Positions 36,704-48,731 are shown, numbered from the stretch's first letter. The stretch is DNA of 64,000 nt from Pseudomonadota bacterium (GCA_018668255.1 JABISZ010000010.1:120107-184106); one strand, 5' to 3'. A program made the numbers and translations. Notes: generated by a model not told the origin, from the sequence alone.

Positions 36704-38299
36704 TTACTCCCATTCAATAGTTGCTGGCGGCTTTCCTGAAATGTCATAAACCACTCTGGAAACACCACTCACTTCATTAATAATACGCAAAGATATCAAA
36801 TCTAAAAAATCATATGGGAGGTGAGCCCAGCGAGCAGTCATAAAGTCTACGGTTTCAACAGCTCTAATTGCGATCACATGATCGTAACTCCTGGCGTCAC
36901 CCTTCACTCCCACAGACTTGATGGGCAGAAATACGGCAAAAGCTTGGCTAACTTTGTCGTATAAGTTTGCTTTTTTCAGCTCCGCTATAAAAATCGAATC
37001 AGCGGCACGTAATGTCTCTGCATATGAAAACTTTACTTCGCCTAATATCCTGACTCCCAACCCTGGGCCTGGAAAAGGGTGGCGGAACACTAGATCTTTT
37101 GCCAAACCTAGCTCCACTCCTACGTTTCTTACTTCATCCTTAAAAAGCTCGCGCAAGGGCTCTATCAAACTAAAACGCATTCCTTCGGGCAAGCCTCCAA
37201 CATTATGATGGGATTTAATAACGTGTGCTTTACCCGGAGATGCTGCTGCCGACTCTATAACATCAGGATAAATAGTCCCTTGTGCCAGCCATTTAACACC
37301 GTCGAGTTTCGCTGACTCTTCTTCGAACACTTCTATAAAAATTCGTCCAATAATCTTACGCTTCTCTTCTGGATCTGAAACTCCGATAAGGGCGAACATA
37401 AATTTTTCACTGGCATCAACATGCCTAATATCAAGACCCATATGTTGTTCGAAAGTAGCCATCACTTCAGCACCTTCATTCAATCGTAAAAGCCCGTTAT
37501 CGACAAAAACACACGTAAGTTGACTTCCGATCGCTCTATCTAAAAGTGCAGCGACTACAGATGAATCAACACCCCCTGACAAGCCAAGCAATACTCGGTC
37601 GCTACCCACTTGCTCTCGCACTCGCGCAATATTTTCCTTCGCAATGTTCTTCGGGTTCCACAGGGCATCACAACCGCATATCTCATGCAGAAACCGACTA
37701 AAGATTTTCTGCCCCTGAGAGGTATGAGTAACCTCAGGATGAAATTGAAATCCATAAAAATGTCTTTCCTCATCCGCAATACCTGCTATTGGCGCACTTT
37801 CCGTTGATGCGATCAGCTTAAATCCGTCAGGCAGCGCAGTCACATGGTCACCATGGCTCATCCAAACGTCTAGTAACCCATGGCCTTGTTCGTTAGTGGT
37901 GTCCTGAATATCTGCCAGCAAGATAGAGTGACCTCTGGCCCTAACCTGCGCAGCACCAAACTCTTTTTCCATCGACGGCTCAACTGTACCGCCTAATTGG
38001 GATGCCATAGCTTGCATCCCGTAACATATCCCAAGGACAGGAACCTTCATCTCAAAAACACAGTTTGGCGCCCGAAAGTCGATCTCAGAATTGACAGATT
38101 CAGGCCCACCAGAGAGGATAAATCCAGATGGATTAAATGCTTTGATTCTCTCTTCAGAACAATCGTACGGTAAAATTTCGCAGTAAACTTGAGCCTCTCG
38201 AACTCGCCGTGCGATAAGTTGTGTATATTGAGATCCGAAATCGAGAATCAATATTCTATTTGTGTAAAGGTCACCCAAAATTATGCCGTCGTTCACCAT
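36704..38299 (-). CDS. guaA: GMP synthase (glutamine-hydrolysing)
   Basis: [40 protein letters not shown]-terminal [12 protein letters not shown]. Confidence 0.97.
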   Translation of the reverse strand: MVNDGIILGDLYTNRILILDFGSQYTQLIARRVREAQVYCEILPYDCSEERIKAFNPSGFILSGGPESVNSEIDFRAPNCVFEMKVPVLGICYGMQAMASQLGGTVEPSMEKEFGAAQVRARGHSILLADIQDTTNEQGHGLLDVWMSHGDHVTALPDGFKLIASTESAPIAGIADEERHFYGFQFHPEVTHTSQGQKIFSRFLHEICGCDALWNPKNIAKENIARVREQVGSDRVLLGLSGGVDSSVVAALLDRAIGSQLTCVFVDNGLLRLNEGAEVMATFEQHMGLDIRHVDASEKFMFALIGVSDPEEKRKIIGRIFIEVFEEESAKLDGVKWLAQGTIYPDVIESAAASPGKAHVIKSHHNVGGLPEGMRFSLIEPLRELFKDEVRNVGVELGLAKDLVFRHPFPGPGLGVRILGEVKFSYAETLRAADSIFIAELKKANLYDKVSQAFAVFLPIKSVGVKGDARSYDHVIAIRAVETVDFMTARWAHLPYDFLDLISLRIINEVSGVSRVVYDISGKPPATIEWE

Positions 38300-38335
38300 G
38301 ACAAAAAATATTCCTGATAAAAAATGAAACCCAAC

Positions 38336-39799
38336 TCAATCAACGCGGTAGTTGGGCGCCTCTTTAGTGATCTGCACGTCGTGAGCATGACTCTCTCGCA
38401 TTCCGGCAGCGGTTACTTTTAGAAATTTAGGCTTAGTTCGAAACTCAAGCATGTCAGCACAACCGGTGTAGCCCATAGCTGCTCTGACACCACCAATCAT
38501 TTGATGCACAATAGCCGACATTGGACCCTTATAAGGTACCCGTCCTTCGATACCTTCAGGAACAAGTTTCTCTATTTCGCTGCTCTCTTGAAAATATCTA
38601 TCCGAGGAACTATATCTCTGCGTCATCGCGCCAAGCGATCCCATTCCTCTATAAGATTTGTAACTACGTCCTTGAAAGAGTTCAACATCTCCCGGTGCCT
38701 CTTCGGTACCCGCGAAAAGAGAACCAATCATCACAGAATTTGCGCCCGTCGCTAGCACCTTCGCAATATCCCCGGAGTACCTTATCCCACCATCAGAAAC
38801 TACAGGAACACCAAGCTTTGCGGCAGCTTTTACTGCATTAGCAACGGCGGTAATCTGTGGCACACCAATACCGGTAACTATGCGGGTGGTACAGATCGAT
38901 CCAGGCCCAATACCTACCTTAACCCCGTCAACACCTGCCTCTATTAATGCCGTCGCCCCTTCCTCTGTCGCAACGTTCCCAGCTATCACCTGCAACTCTG
39001 GGTATTCAGCTTTTATCCACTTGACCGCTTTCATCACACCTTCTGAATGACCGTGAGCTGTGTCAACGACGACGACATCTACTCCAGCTTCTACCAGGAG
39101 CTGCACCCTTTCATACGCGGCTGTCCCAACGCCAACTGCTGCTCCGACTCTAAGACGTTCATCCGTGTCTTTGCAAGCTTTAGGGAACTCATCAGACTTT
39201 TGAATGTCTTTTACAGTTATCAAACCACATAGTTCAAAAACATCGTTGACAACAAGTAGCTTTTCAATTCTGTGACGATGAAGTAATTGAATGATTTCTT
39301 CTTTCTCTGCATTTTCTTTAACAGTTACCAATTTGTGCTGCGGGGTCATAATTTCGCTTACAGGAGCTTCGAACCGACTTTCAAAACGTAGATCTCTACT
39401 AGTAACAATGCCAACCAATTTACCGTCCTGTACTACTGGTACGCCTGAAATCCCATGCCCACGCGTAAGCTCCATCACATCTTTGATGCTGGAATTAGGC
39501 GTTGTAGTAATAGGGTCTCGTATTACCCCGCTTTCAAATTTCTTAACAGCACGTACTTGAGACGCCTGCTCTAATGGGCTCATATTCTTATGAATGATGC
39601 CTATTCCACCCTCTTGCCCTAATGCAATTGCCAAACGAGCGTCAGTTACAGTGTCCATGGCCGCGGACACCAGTGGAATGTTTAGGGATATCTCACGGGT
39701 CAATTGTGTCTTTAAGTCGACTTCGTGAGGCAAAACTGCAGAGTAATCAGGTACTAATAATACGTCGTCAAAAGTCAGGCCGTCTTCAAGAATGCGCAT
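38336..39799 (-). CDS. guaB: IMP dehydrogenase
   Basis: [16 protein letters not shown] pair, [25 protein letters not shown]. Confidence 0.97.
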   Translation of the reverse strand: MRILEDGLTFDDVLLVPDYSAVLPHEVDLKTQLTREISLNIPLVSAAMDTVTDARLAIALGQEGGIGIIHKNMSPLEQASQVRAVKKFESGVIRDPITTTPNSSIKDVMELTRGHGISGVPVVQDGKLVGIVTSRDLRFESRFEAPVSEIMTPQHKLVTVKENAEKEEIIQLLHRHRIEKLLVVNDVFELCGLITVKDIQKSDEFPKACKDTDERLRVGAAVGVGTAAYERVQLLVEAGVDVVVVDTAHGHSEGVMKAVKWIKAEYPELQVIAGNVATEEGATALIEAGVDGVKVGIGPGSICTTRIVTGIGVPQITAVANAVKAAAKLGVPVVSDGGIRYSGDIAKVLATGANSVMIGSLFAGTEEAPGDVELFQGRSYKSYRGMGSLGAMTQRYSSSDRYFQESSEIEKLVPEGIEGRVPYKGPMSAIVHQMIGGVRAAMGYTGCADMLEFRTKPKFLKVTAAGMRESHAHDVQITKEAPNYRVD

Positions 39800-39860
39800 A
39801 ATTTGAAAGAATTCCTATACTTGTAGCGCTCTAGTATAGATTTTCGATAGTATTTGGTAA

Positions 39861-41246
39861 ATGACTTTCCAAAAAAACAACCCCACAAGAAACGAAGCCG
39901 AGCATAAATTGATGTACACAGTGTCTGGTCTCAATGAAAAAGTCCGTATAACGATAGAAAAAGCACTTGGATTAGTCTGGATACAAGGTGAAATTTCAAA
40001 CCTTGCGCGTCCAAATTCGGGTCATATATATTTTTCTTTGAAGGATAATGCAAGCCAAGTCAGATGTGCGATGTTTCGTGCACAAGTTTCTAGGGTAAAG
40101 TTCCGCCCTGAAAATGGGGATCTAGTAACCTTGCGCGCTAAGGTTAGCCTATATCCCGCTAGAGGTGATTATCAGCTTATCATTGAATCAATGGAGGCAT
40201 CGGGCTCAGGTGATCTCCAAGCTCAATTCAACACCCTGAAAAATAAGTTACTTGAGGCTGGCCTGTTTAGTCAAGATCGAAAGCGCACACTTCCAAAGTG
40301 GCCAAAACAAATAGGGCTTATCACTTCCACAACAGGAGCGGCTGTAAAAGATTTATTAACCGTCCTGAAAAGACGTTGTCCTTCGATTCCTATTATTGTC
40401 TACCCAACAACCGTGCAAGGCGTCTTAGCGGCGAAAAATATTTGCGCAGCAATTCATGTGGCCAACCAACGTGCAGAATGTGATGTCTTGATCGTTGGAA
40501 GAGGCGGCGGGTCTTTAGAAGATCTCTGGTCATTCAATGAAGAAATAGTAGCGCAGGCGATTTTTAACTCTACTATCCCAATTATCAGTGCCGTAGGGCA
40601 TGAGGTAGACGTCACAATCGCGGATCTTGTCGCCGATGTGCGAGCTGCCACACCGTCTGCGGCAGCGGAACTGGCCTCACCAGATCTACAATCTTGGACT
40701 GAGCATTTTTTGAATCTATCGACCAGGCTTTCATATACAGTAATTGCTGGGATGAAACGCAAGGAAAGTAATTTACAGCAGCTACGAAAACGACTAACTT
40801 CTCCGAAAAGAAAATTAGAGATTGACTCCCAGAGGATTGACGATTTGTCACAACGGCTATTATTAGCTTGGAAAACATCCGCAAAAATCATCAGTGTAGA
40901 GCTAAATAGTCTGCGATCTACGTTAGCCGCAAAATCTCCGGGAAAAGCTATAGATTCCCAGAAAAAACAGCTGCTTACCTTACAGAAAAATCTTGGAAGG
41001 ACGTTCGAGAACCAGATTTTAGGGAAAAAGAATATGCTTAAGCAATGGAACAGTGTATTACATGCAATGGGCCCTGCTGCAACTTTGGAGCGCGGCTATA
41101 GCATACTAACGGACACCAAGGGCGTCCTCATTCGGAATTCCGAGCAGGTAGTCCCTGGCCAAGAAATAGTTACGCGCTTGGTAGACGGTAGGATAAATAG
41201 CCTGGTTAAAGAACAGTTCTTCGAAAAAACCTCAGATAAAGTTTAG
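39861..41246 (+). CDS. xseA: exodeoxyribonuclease VII large subunit
   Basis: YTVSGLNEKVR, WIQGEISNLARPNSGHIYFSLKD, IGLITSTTGAAVKD, RGGGSLEDLW. Confidence 0.93.
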   Translation: MTFQKNNPTRNEAEHKLMYTVSGLNEKVRITIEKALGLVWIQGEISNLARPNSGHIYFSLKDNASQVRCAMFRAQVSRVKFRPENGDLVTLRAKVSLYPARGDYQLIIESMEASGSGDLQAQFNTLKNKLLEAGLFSQDRKRTLPKWPKQIGLITSTTGAAVKDLLTVLKRRCPSIPIIVYPTTVQGVLAAKNICAAIHVANQRAECDVLIVGRGGGSLEDLWSFNEEIVAQAIFNSTIPIISAVGHEVDVTIADLVADVRAATPSAAAELASPDLQSWTEHFLNLSTRLSYTVIAGMKRKESNLQQLRKRLTSPKRKLEIDSQRIDDLSQRLLLAWKTSAKIISVELNSLRSTLAAKSPGKAIDSQKKQLLTLQKNLGRTFENQILGKKNMLKQWNSVLHAMGPAATLERGYSILTDTKGVLIRNSEQVVPGQEIVTRLVDGRINSLVKEQFFEKTSDKV

Positions 41247-41253
41247 TGGAAAC

Positions 41254-42216
41254 TTAGGAGATTGCGAGCCCAGCTGCCTGCAAATCAGCATGGTAGGACG
41301 AACGAACTAAAGGTCCACTTGCAACGCTTTTAAAACCAATTTTTTCTGCGTAAACCTTCAACTCTTGAAACTCTTCAGGACTAACAAACCGCTGCACAGG
41401 TAGGTGGGCTCGGCTCGGTTGCAAGTACTGTCCTAATGTGACCCTATCACAGCCATGCTCACGAAGATCACGTAATACCTCTTGAACCTCTGTGATTTCC
41501 TCTCCTAAACCCAACATAAGACCAGACTTCGTAGGAACATTTGGCTTTTTTTGCTTGAACTTACGAATCAACTCCAGTGACCAACGATAGTCAGAACCGG
41601 GTCTTACTTTCAAATAAAGCCTGGGAACTGTTTCTAGATTATGGTTGAAAACATCAGGCGGACTCTGCAATAAATTTTCTAATGCTAGATCCATTCGACC
41701 TCTAAAATCCGGCACAAGCACTTCAATTTGAATATCAGCAATACGACATCTAACGGCATCTATGCAATCTGCAAAGTGACTGGCTCCACCATCTCTTAGA
41801 TCATCTCTGTCCACAGAGGTGATCACGATATATCGTAAGTCCATCATTTCTATAGCGTTTGCTAGATGTGCGGGCTCAGTCTCATCTAGCGGATCTGGTC
41901 GACCATGAGCGACATCACAGAATGGGCATCGTCTAGTGCATAAATCACCCATGATCATGAATGTAGCAGTTCCATGAGCAAAGCACTCCCCTATATTAGG
42001 ACAAGAAGCTTCTTCGCATACGGTATGAAGCCCCTCTTTTCGAATTAATTTTTTGAGCGCCAAGACCTTGGGATCACTAGGCGCTTTAACCTTCAGCCAA
42101 GGTGGTTTCCTTGGGAGAGCACCTAGCGATGGAATCACCTTGACTGGAATTCGAGAAACTTTATCCGTGCCCCGTTGGGCGCGTTTCGGCTTAGCTTTGG
42201 ACTCTAAACTATCCAT
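41254..42216 (-). CDS. lipA: lipoyl synthase
   Basis: [14 protein letters not shown] and the radical-SAM motif [10 protein letters not shown]. Confidence 0.96.
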   Translation of the reverse strand: MDSLESKAKPKRAQRGTDKVSRIPVKVIPSLGALPRKPPWLKVKAPSDPKVLALKKLIRKEGLHTVCEEASCPNIGECFAHGTATFMIMGDLCTRRCPFCDVAHGRPDPLDETEPAHLANAIEMMDLRYIVITSVDRDDLRDGGASHFADCIDAVRCRIADIQIEVLVPDFRGRMDLALENLLQSPPDVFNHNLETVPRLYLKVRPGSDYRWSLELIRKFKQKKPNVPTKSGLMLGLGEEITEVQEVLRDLREHGCDRVTLGQYLQPSRAHLPVQRFVSPEEFQELKVYAEKIGFKSVASGPLVRSSYHADLQAAGLAIS

Positions 42217-42260
42217 GATGATCCTTCTAGTTGAAATCGAGGTCTTAGTTCTAGCCTCAT

Positions 42261-42896
42261 CTATTTATAGATCCGTGAAACTGATTTACCATCATAAAGG
42301 GTCGTGCAAAGTTCCGGTACGATTTTTACGGAAACATCGGTCAGGTTATCAGGGCCATGGTGATCTATGAGTTGCGTAACCTCCAAGTCCTCGAATCCGC
42401 AGGTGTTAATCCTTCCATAAGGGGATAGATTCATATTCACATTAATAGACATCCCATGATAACTAAAACCTGAGCGTATTCTCAATCCTAAGGCTGCAAT
42501 TTTTTTCCCGTCAACATAAACACCTGGAGCTTTTTCCTTTCTCGCTCCAGAGATACTAATTTTTCCCAGGTAATTAATCACCCCTTGTTCAATACGCCTC
42601 ACAAGTTCTCTCGGACCAATTTTTAACCGCTTAACATCTAACAAAGTGTACAGTACGAGTTGACCAGGCCCATGGTAAGTGACTTGGCCGCCTCTATCGC
42701 TACGAACTATCGTTAAACCGTCAGCATTTAGGACATGTTCCTCTTTCCCAGCCCTGCCTAACGTAAATACTGCAGGGTGCTCTACAATCCAGATCTCATC
42801 ATTACTGTTCGGCTGTCGCGTGTTTGTGAACAAACGCATCTCCTCCCAGACTTGCTCGTATTCACGACAACCCATCTCACGAATGCAGACATTCAT
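42261..42896 (-). CDS. lipB: octanoyl/lipoyl transferase
   Basis: [32 protein letters not shown]. Confidence 0.93.
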   Translation of the reverse strand: MNVCIREMGCREYEQVWEEMRLFTNTRQPNSNDEIWIVEHPAVFTLGRAGKEEHVLNADGLTIVRSDRGGQVTYHGPGQLVLYTLLDVKRLKIGPRELVRRIEQGVINYLGKISISGARKEKAPGVYVDGKKIAALGLRIRSGFSYHGMSINVNMNLSPYGRINTCGFEDLEVTQLIDHHGPDNLTDVSVKIVPELCTTLYDGKSVSRIYK

Positions 42897-43159
42897 AGGA
42901 CCATGACAACCTCATCTATGGCTCCCAAAGCGGCATAAATATTATTCAATTGCTCGCGACTTTCCAAAGTAAAAATGACGGTTACAGACGTGAATCTTCC
43001 TTTACTGCTTGGCTTTGATCTAACACCACCCTCATAAATTGCTTTTATGTGCTTGCGAACAACGCCAACCACCCTAGCATCAAGGTCTTTAGCCGTGTGA
43101 CCAATAGCTTTTATATGAAATTCACAGGGAAATTCGAGCAATTCTTCGTTAGTGTCCAT
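42893..43159 (-). CDS. ybeD: YbeD/DUF493-family protein
   Basis: 88 aa. LLEFPCEFHIKAIG. In the conserved position upstream of lipB, with a 4-nt overlap. Confidence 0.85.
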   Translation of the reverse strand: MDTNEELLEFPCEFHIKAIGHTAKDLDARVVGVVRKHIKAIYEGGVRSKPSSKGRFTSVTVIFTLESREQLNNIYAALGAIDEVVMVL

Positions 43160-43228
43160 GTAGTATTACATTACCATCTGAGTTCAGAAAAATTACGATT
43201 ACTGGCACCGGTTTGGACCAATCCTCTC

Positions 43229-43726
43229 TCAAGGGCTGTACCAATCCAACACTCTACCTTTGCGAGGAACAAGTATATCGCAATCATAGGCTACCTCAAC
43301 GGCAACCATAGTAGCTGGTGTGAGCCCCCCATGCCGCTTCAAAAGCAAATCTCCATCAGTGACTAAATAATAGAGAAAATCGGTTAGGCCAGGATTATGA
43401 GCAAGAACCATAAGATGCTGGATACCGTCACCGAGATGACAGGCATCTAAAATATGTTCCACTGTACATTGATACAAAGGCTCAAACTCTAATGTGTGCA
43501 CTACAATTCTTCGACTACACACATTTCTAATAATCTCCAGAGATTCCCGGGTGCGTCTAGCCGGAGAATAAACTATTAGGTCTGGCTCCAAATCTTTTGA
43601 TATAAGAAAAGTCGCCGCGTTCATAACATCAGCACGACCCCTCTCAGAGAGCGGCCGATCATAGTCCCGAGGTCCCCAAGCGGCATCCCCATGGCGGGCT
43701 AATACTATAGTTTTATTAGCATTCAT
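43229..43726 (-). CDS. sixA: SixA-type phosphohistidine phosphatase
   Basis: 165 aa. VLARHGDA (RHG motif), RPLSERG, LAHNPGL. Confidence 0.7.
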   Translation of the reverse strand: MNANKTIVLARHGDAAWGPRDYDRPLSERGRADVMNAATFLISKDLEPDLIVYSPARRTRESLEIIRNVCSRRIVVHTLEFEPLYQCTVEHILDACHLGDGIQHLMVLAHNPGLTDFLYYLVTDGDLLLKRHGGLTPATMVAVEVAYDCDILVPRKGRVLDWYSP

Positions 43727-43856
43727 TTATATAAAATAACTCTTAGCGTTCGTAACGCCCCAAAAAAAATGTATCTCACTTATGTGATAGAATATAACCG
43801 AATAGGCCCTTCGTAGGCACCTGATTTTAGGCGCTTGTGCAAAAATCTAAAAATGA

Positions 43857-44804
43857 ATGACTTTTGTATCTGAAATTATGATTTTTAACCCACCTGCTCT
43901 GCAGATGACTAATTTAAGAAAAACTTACCGCGGACGTGTTACAGCCCTGCGTGGGGTAAGCTTGACTGTTCAAGAAGGAGATTTCTTCGCACTACTTGGT
44001 CCTAATGGCGCAGGGAAATCAACCGCTATTGGAATTATAAGTAGCCTCGTTCTGAAAACCGCGGGAGAGATAAAAATATTTGGCGTAGATGTGGATAAAG
44101 AATTTTCACGAGCCAAATCTCTGATCGGAGTAGTCCCCCAAGAAATCAACTTCAATCAATTCGAAACAGTTAATGACATTATCTTAAACCAAGCTGGGTA
44201 TTATGGAATTGACCGACCTGATGCACGAAAACGTACAGAAAAAATATTAAAGCAAACACAACTTTGGGACCGTCGTGATGAAATTTCGCGCAATTTATCA
44301 GGAGGTATGAAACGAAGATTAATGATTTCGCGAGCGCTTATTCACGAACCTAGACTACTTATACTGGATGAGCCCACAGCCGGGGTTGATATTGAAGTTC
44401 GTCGTTCTATGTGGAAATTCTTAACTGATCTGAATAAATCAGGTACCACGATAATATTAACGACCCACTATCTTGAGGAAGCAGAAAGTCTCTGCCGAAA
44501 CATCGCTATTATTGATAAAGGTGAAATCGTCGAGAATACCTCGATGCAACTACTTTTGCGAAAGCTAGGTGCAGAGAGCTTCATTTTTGACTGTAGCTCG
44601 TCAATCTCAACGCTTAGCAAGCTAGGCAATCATCAGATCCAAAAACTCGATGATCACCGATTTGAAGTCACTGTTAATCAAGGAGAAAATTTGAATACCG
44701 TCTTCGAAGAATTATCAAAATCTGGCATAAAAATTCAGAGTATGCGTAACAAATCTAACCGTTTGGAAGAGTTATTCTTAGGGTTGGTCGCAGAGAGCGC
44801 TTGA
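43857..44804 (+). CDS. yadG: ABC transporter ATP-binding protein, YadG-like
   Basis: Near-colinear by-eye match to E. coli YadG (LLGPNGAGKSTAIGIISSL, LSGGMKRRLMISRALIHEPRLLILDEPTAGVDIE, TTHYLEEAESLCRNIAII, MRNKSNRLEELF). The start is ambiguous among ATGs at 43857, 43878 and 43905. Confidence 0.88.
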   Translation: MTFVSEIMIFNPPALQMTNLRKTYRGRVTALRGVSLTVQEGDFFALLGPNGAGKSTAIGIISSLVLKTAGEIKIFGVDVDKEFSRAKSLIGVVPQEINFNQFETVNDIILNQAGYYGIDRPDARKRTEKILKQTQLWDRRDEISRNLSGGMKRRLMISRALIHEPRLLILDEPTAGVDIEVRRSMWKFLTDLNKSGTTIILTTHYLEEAESLCRNIAIIDKGEIVENTSMQLLLRKLGAESFIFDCSSSISTLSKLGNHQIQKLDDHRFEVTVNQGENLNTVFEELSKSGIKIQSMRNKSNRLEELFLGLVAESA

Positions 44805-44817
44805 GGGGGAGGAAGAA

Positions 44818-45597
44818 TTGCAGAGCTTGAAAAAAACTCAATGGATCGGGCTAAAGACTATTATAAGAAAAGAGATAACTCGCTTTTCTAGAATCTGGAT
44901 GCAAACTCTATTACCACCAGCAATCACTATGAGCCTCTACTTCATTCTATTCAGTACAATCCTTGGCCCGCGTATAGGCGAAATGGCTGGATTTGATTAC
45001 ATACAGTTTATAGCTCCAGGTATCATAATGATGTCAGTTATTACAAATTCTTATTCAAATGTCGTTTCATCGTTCTTTGGGGCAAAATTCCAGCGGCATA
45101 TAGAGGAGATATTAGTAGCACCTGTCTCGAACGAAATAATATTGCTTGGATATGTTGTGGGAGGCGTATGCCGAGGCATCGCTATTGGATTTCTAGTAAC
45201 GTTAGTTGCTCTCTTTTTTACCGATCTTTCAATTCATTCCTATACAGTAACGTTTGCTGTTGTCTTACTAACTTCCACTCTCTTCTCTCTATGCGGTTTT
45301 CTAAATGCTGTATTCGCCAGAAGCTTTGACGACATTTCAATTGTGCCAACTTTTATATTAGCTCCCATGACGTACCTAGGCGGAGTATTCTACTCCGTGG
45401 ATCTACTTCCATCTTTTTGGTACCAAGTATCACTATTTAACCCCATTTTATACATGGTCAATGCCTTTAGATATGGGATGCTCGGACATAGCGACATCAA
45501 TGTTACCTATGCATTATTAGCGATTATTACATTCGTAGTTCTGTTAACCATCATATGTCTTGATATCCTCAAACGAGGAACGGGCTTACGCACTTAG
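44818..45597 (+). CDS. yadH: ABC-2 type transporter permease, YadH-like
   Basis: Strong by-eye match to E. coli YadH (IAPGIIMMSVITNSYSNVVSSFFGAKFQRHIEEILVAPV, VPTFILAPMTYLGGVFYS). TTG start preceded by GGGGGAGG. Confidence 0.88.
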   Translation: MQSLKKTQWIGLKTIIRKEITRFSRIWMQTLLPPAITMSLYFILFSTILGPRIGEMAGFDYIQFIAPGIIMMSVITNSYSNVVSSFFGAKFQRHIEEILVAPVSNEIILLGYVVGGVCRGIAIGFLVTLVALFFTDLSIHSYTVTFAVVLLTSTLFSLCGFLNAVFARSFDDISIVPTFILAPMTYLGGVFYSVDLLPSFWYQVSLFNPILYMVNAFRYGMLGHSDINVTYALLAIITFVVLLTIICLDILKRGTGLRT

Positions 45598-46436
45598 CTT
45601 GTAAGACTCCTCATCTTCGCCTCGGTAAATGCTGAAGAAACTCTCTCTAGCATCGGGTACTCCTGCCCGTTCCCGACTGGCTTTCCATTAAGCAGGTTTA
45701 TACCTATCAAATCATTTGTTGAACTTGTCAACCAAATTTCACATGCGTCAAACAATTCTGCGGTGATAACGGTTCTTCTTTCACAAGTGATACCTAGTTC
45801 ATTTAACACCTGAAGCACGAAATCTCTTGTTACTCCCGGTAAAATAAAATTAGAAACCTCAGGCGTCTTTACACGACCTTTGCTAACAACAAAAACATTA
45901 CTTGACGCTCCCTCTGTTAGCATGCCATTTTTCAATAGTATTACTTCGAAAGCGTCAGATAGTAATGCTTCATTTTTTAACATAAGGTTAGGTAACAAAG
46001 AAGTTGTCTTAATATCACATCTACCCCAGCGATTATCTGATCTCGTAATGCAGGACTTTATTAAAGGATTACTCGAGCTTTTGAGATTAGTACACATGAC
46101 AAATACTGTAGGTTCGCAGTCCATAGGGAAGAAGTGATTTCTTTCCGCCACACCTCGTGTTACCTGTATATAAAAAGAAAGGTCACTGTTACCATTTTTC
46201 TCAGACAGCGTGGCGAGCAGCTCCTCCCACTCTTTACTAGAGTAAGGAGGGTCGATAGACACTTTATTCAAGTTATCGTTAAGCCGTTCTAGGTGTTGCG
46301 CTAAAGCAAAAAATTTTCCTCCAAAACCCGGTAAAACTTCGTAAACAGCATCGCCAAATATGAAACCACGATCTAGAACGGATACTTTTGCCTCAGACAG
46401 AAGAACGTACTCATTATTTAAAAAGCATATGCTCAT
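45594..46436 (-). CDS. dat: D-amino-acid aminotransferase (fold type IV PLP enzyme)
   Basis: DRGFIFGDAVYEV, FYIQVTRG, RWGRCDIKTTSLLPN (catalytic Lys context), TEGASSNVFVV, GVTRD. Confidence 0.8.
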   Translation of the reverse strand: MSICFLNNEYVLLSEAKVSVLDRGFIFGDAVYEVLPGFGGKFFALAQHLERLNDNLNKVSIDPPYSSKEWEELLATLSEKNGNSDLSFYIQVTRGVAERNHFFPMDCEPTVFVMCTNLKSSSNPLIKSCITRSDNRWGRCDIKTTSLLPNLMLKNEALLSDAFEVILLKNGMLTEGASSNVFVVSKGRVKTPEVSNFILPGVTRDFVLQVLNELGITCERRTVITAELFDACEIWLTSSTNDLIGINLLNGKPVGNGQEYPMLERVSSAFTEAKMRSLTS

Positions 46437-47674
46437 ATACTAAACAGAGATTCAAAAAACAGAATAAAGGTATCCCAAAGTTTAGAAAAGAAAGAACCCT
46501 CCTCGACATTATCCAACGAAACAAGAGGAACCTCAGATAGTTGCTTACCGTCTAAAAATATGCTGAGCTTTCCAACGGGCTGGCCAATCTCCAGCGGGGC
46601 CAAAACTGGTTTATCTATTTCTAGTTTGGTTTCAATACGGCCCTCAGTTCCTCGAGGAATGACTAGATCTACATCCTGAAGCACTCCTAGTGATATCGAA
46701 TCAACAGCCCCGTGCCATATCATTTGAGATGACACTTTAGCTCCTGCTCGGTGAAATTTCTTTGACTCGAAAAACCTGTAACCGTAATTTAGCAGCGACT
46801 GACTAGAATCGGTTCTGGCTATGTCGGATGATGAACCCATGATCACGGAGATAAGCCTTACGTTATCTCTCATCGCCGAAGAAACCAAACAATAACCTGC
46901 GCTTTCAGTATGTCCAGTCTTTATCCCATCAACGCTACTATCACGGAACAAAAGTTTATTTCTATTGGGCTGTTTTATCTTATTAAAAGTATATTGTTTT
47001 TTGGCAAATTTTGCATATAACAAAGGGAATTCTCGGATCAAGGCTCTAGATAAAACTGCCACATCTCGCGCACTCACATATGTTTCTGCATCGGGATAGC
47101 CGGATGCATTGGCAAAGTTTGAGTTCACCATACCCAATTGCTTTGCATAATCATTCATCATTGCAGCGAATGTTTGCTCGGTGCCGGCGATATGTTCCGC
47201 TAGCGCCACGCTAGCATCATTTCCAGAAACGACTATTACTCCGTCAAGCAAGGCTTCTATCGTAACTTTCTTACCAACTTCGATGAACATTTTTGATCCA
47301 CCCATTTTCCAAGCTTTGGTGCTCACTGAAACTTCATCTTCTAGCTTAATCAAACCTTGCTCGAGCGCGTGACCGGCAACATAAACCGTCATTATTTTTG
47401 TAATACTAGCAGGCTCCACTCTTTGATCGGCATTTTTCTCGCTTAGGAAAAAACCTGTATTTTGATCCATCAAAATATAAGAGGTGACGTCAATCTCTGG
47501 TGCAGGGATTGTCCGTGCAACTTGAGCTATCACACCAGTAGCTGCAATAGCGATAATAAACCCTAAGGCTATCGTGAGAAATTTCGTATTCGCTTTATTT
47601 CTCAAAAAGGTTAGACGAGCCAAAATGCTATTTTTATCCATTCTCAAAATCCCTAACTCTAATTTAAAAAACAC
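46433..47674 (-). CDS. D-alanyl-D-alanine carboxypeptidase (PBP5/6 class, S11)
   Basis: SxxK in PASITKIMT, SGND, KTGHT. The start may be the internal ATG at 47641 (MDKNS). Confidence 0.9.
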   Translation of the reverse strand: MFFKLELGILRMDKNSILARLTFLRNKANTKFLTIALGFIIAIAATGVIAQVARTIPAPEIDVTSYILMDQNTGFFLSEKNADQRVEPASITKIMTVYVAGHALEQGLIKLEDEVSVSTKAWKMGGSKMFIEVGKKVTIEALLDGVIVVSGNDASVALAEHIAGTEQTFAAMMNDYAKQLGMVNSNFANASGYPDAETYVSARDVAVLSRALIREFPLLYAKFAKKQYTFNKIKQPNRNKLLFRDSSVDGIKTGHTESAGYCLVSSAMRDNVRLISVIMGSSSDIARTDSSQSLLNYGYRFFESKKFHRAGAKVSSQMIWHGAVDSISLGVLQDVDLVIPRGTEGRIETKLEIDKPVLAPLEIGQPVGKLSIFLDGKQLSEVPLVSLDNVEEGSFFSKLWDTFILFFESLFSI

Positions 47675-47720
47675 AATATCGTCCTTCTATAAAAAAATAA
47701 CAGCCTTTACATCGTTTCTC

Positions 47721-48731
47721 TTATTTCATTTTTTCAAGCAACTCATTTCCCAAGTGTGCTACTACCATCATATATTTTAATCTAGGGTTATATCGGCCAA
47801 TGACGCTAAAATTATGATATCCAATCCAGCAAGCGGTTCCAATCTCCTCTTCAAGACACCAGAGCCTCGCCTTCGTGTCACCGGATAGATCAGATTGACT
47901 AGGGTAGATCCCCGCCTGCGCAAGTGTAGTAATATCAGTATTCGTTCTGATACCGGACCCTTCTGCGAGGTGAAACATGTTGTCAGAAGGCATCGTTGCG
48001 GAAGACAAAACATACTCTCCTCTTATCCAGCCTCTGTCCATCAAGTAATTGCCAACGCTTCCAATCGCATCCGAATCGCTTTTCCAAATATCTCGTTTCC
48101 CATCCCCATCGAAATCAACCGCTATCCGTCGAAAAGGTGTAGGCATAAACTGTATCATTCCCATAGCCCCGGCATATGAACCTTTAATTAACAAAGGATC
48201 AAACCCTTCTTCTCGACATAGTAGAAGGTACTGCTCTAAGTAATCCCTAAATAGTTTAGCGCGATGCTTCACATCACCCGGGTAATGAAAAGCTAGATTA
48301 GACAAAGAACGCAGAACTTGGAAATTACCAGTAATCTTCCCATAGCGTGTTTCTATTCCCAATATGGCAACAATAATATGCTCTGGAACTCCATAGATTT
48401 TTCTCGCCCGCTCAAGTGCTTTCTTATTCTTCCTCCAAAATTTAACTCCATTTTTAATTTGCGCTGCTGTTACTGCTCTCTTTCGGTATTCAGGCCAAGT
48501 CCGAGTTTTCTCTGCAGGTCTCGCAGCGGAGTTGCTGATAGTGACTGAACGCTTTATTTTTGAGAAAAGTGTAGTTAATTCAGTTTCATCAAAACCATGC
48601 TTCCCAACCATTTCTTGGACGAAATTCTTGACCAAAACTGTATTTAACGGCTCAGATATTACAATAGGGCTCCATGCTGAAAAAACAAAACCAGCTAAGA
48701 CAATAAGCTTGAAACGCATAAAATACTCCAT
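47721..48731 (-). CDS. mltB: lytic murein transglycosylase B
   Basis: 336 aa. AILGIETRYG, GSYAGAMGMIQFMP, DGDGKRDIW. Confidence 0.88.
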   Translation of the reverse strand: MEYFMRFKLIVLAGFVFSAWSPIVISEPLNTVLVKNFVQEMVGKHGFDETELTTLFSKIKRSVTISNSAARPAEKTRTWPEYRKRAVTAAQIKNGVKFWRKNKKALERARKIYGVPEHIIVAILGIETRYGKITGNFQVLRSLSNLAFHYPGDVKHRAKLFRDYLEQYLLLCREEGFDPLLIKGSYAGAMGMIQFMPTPFRRIAVDFDGDGKRDIWKSDSDAIGSVGNYLMDRGWIRGEYVLSSATMPSDNMFHLAEGSGIRTNTDITTLAQAGIYPSQSDLSGDTKARLWCLEEEIGTACWIGYHNFSVIGRYNPRLKYMMVVAHLGNELLEKMK

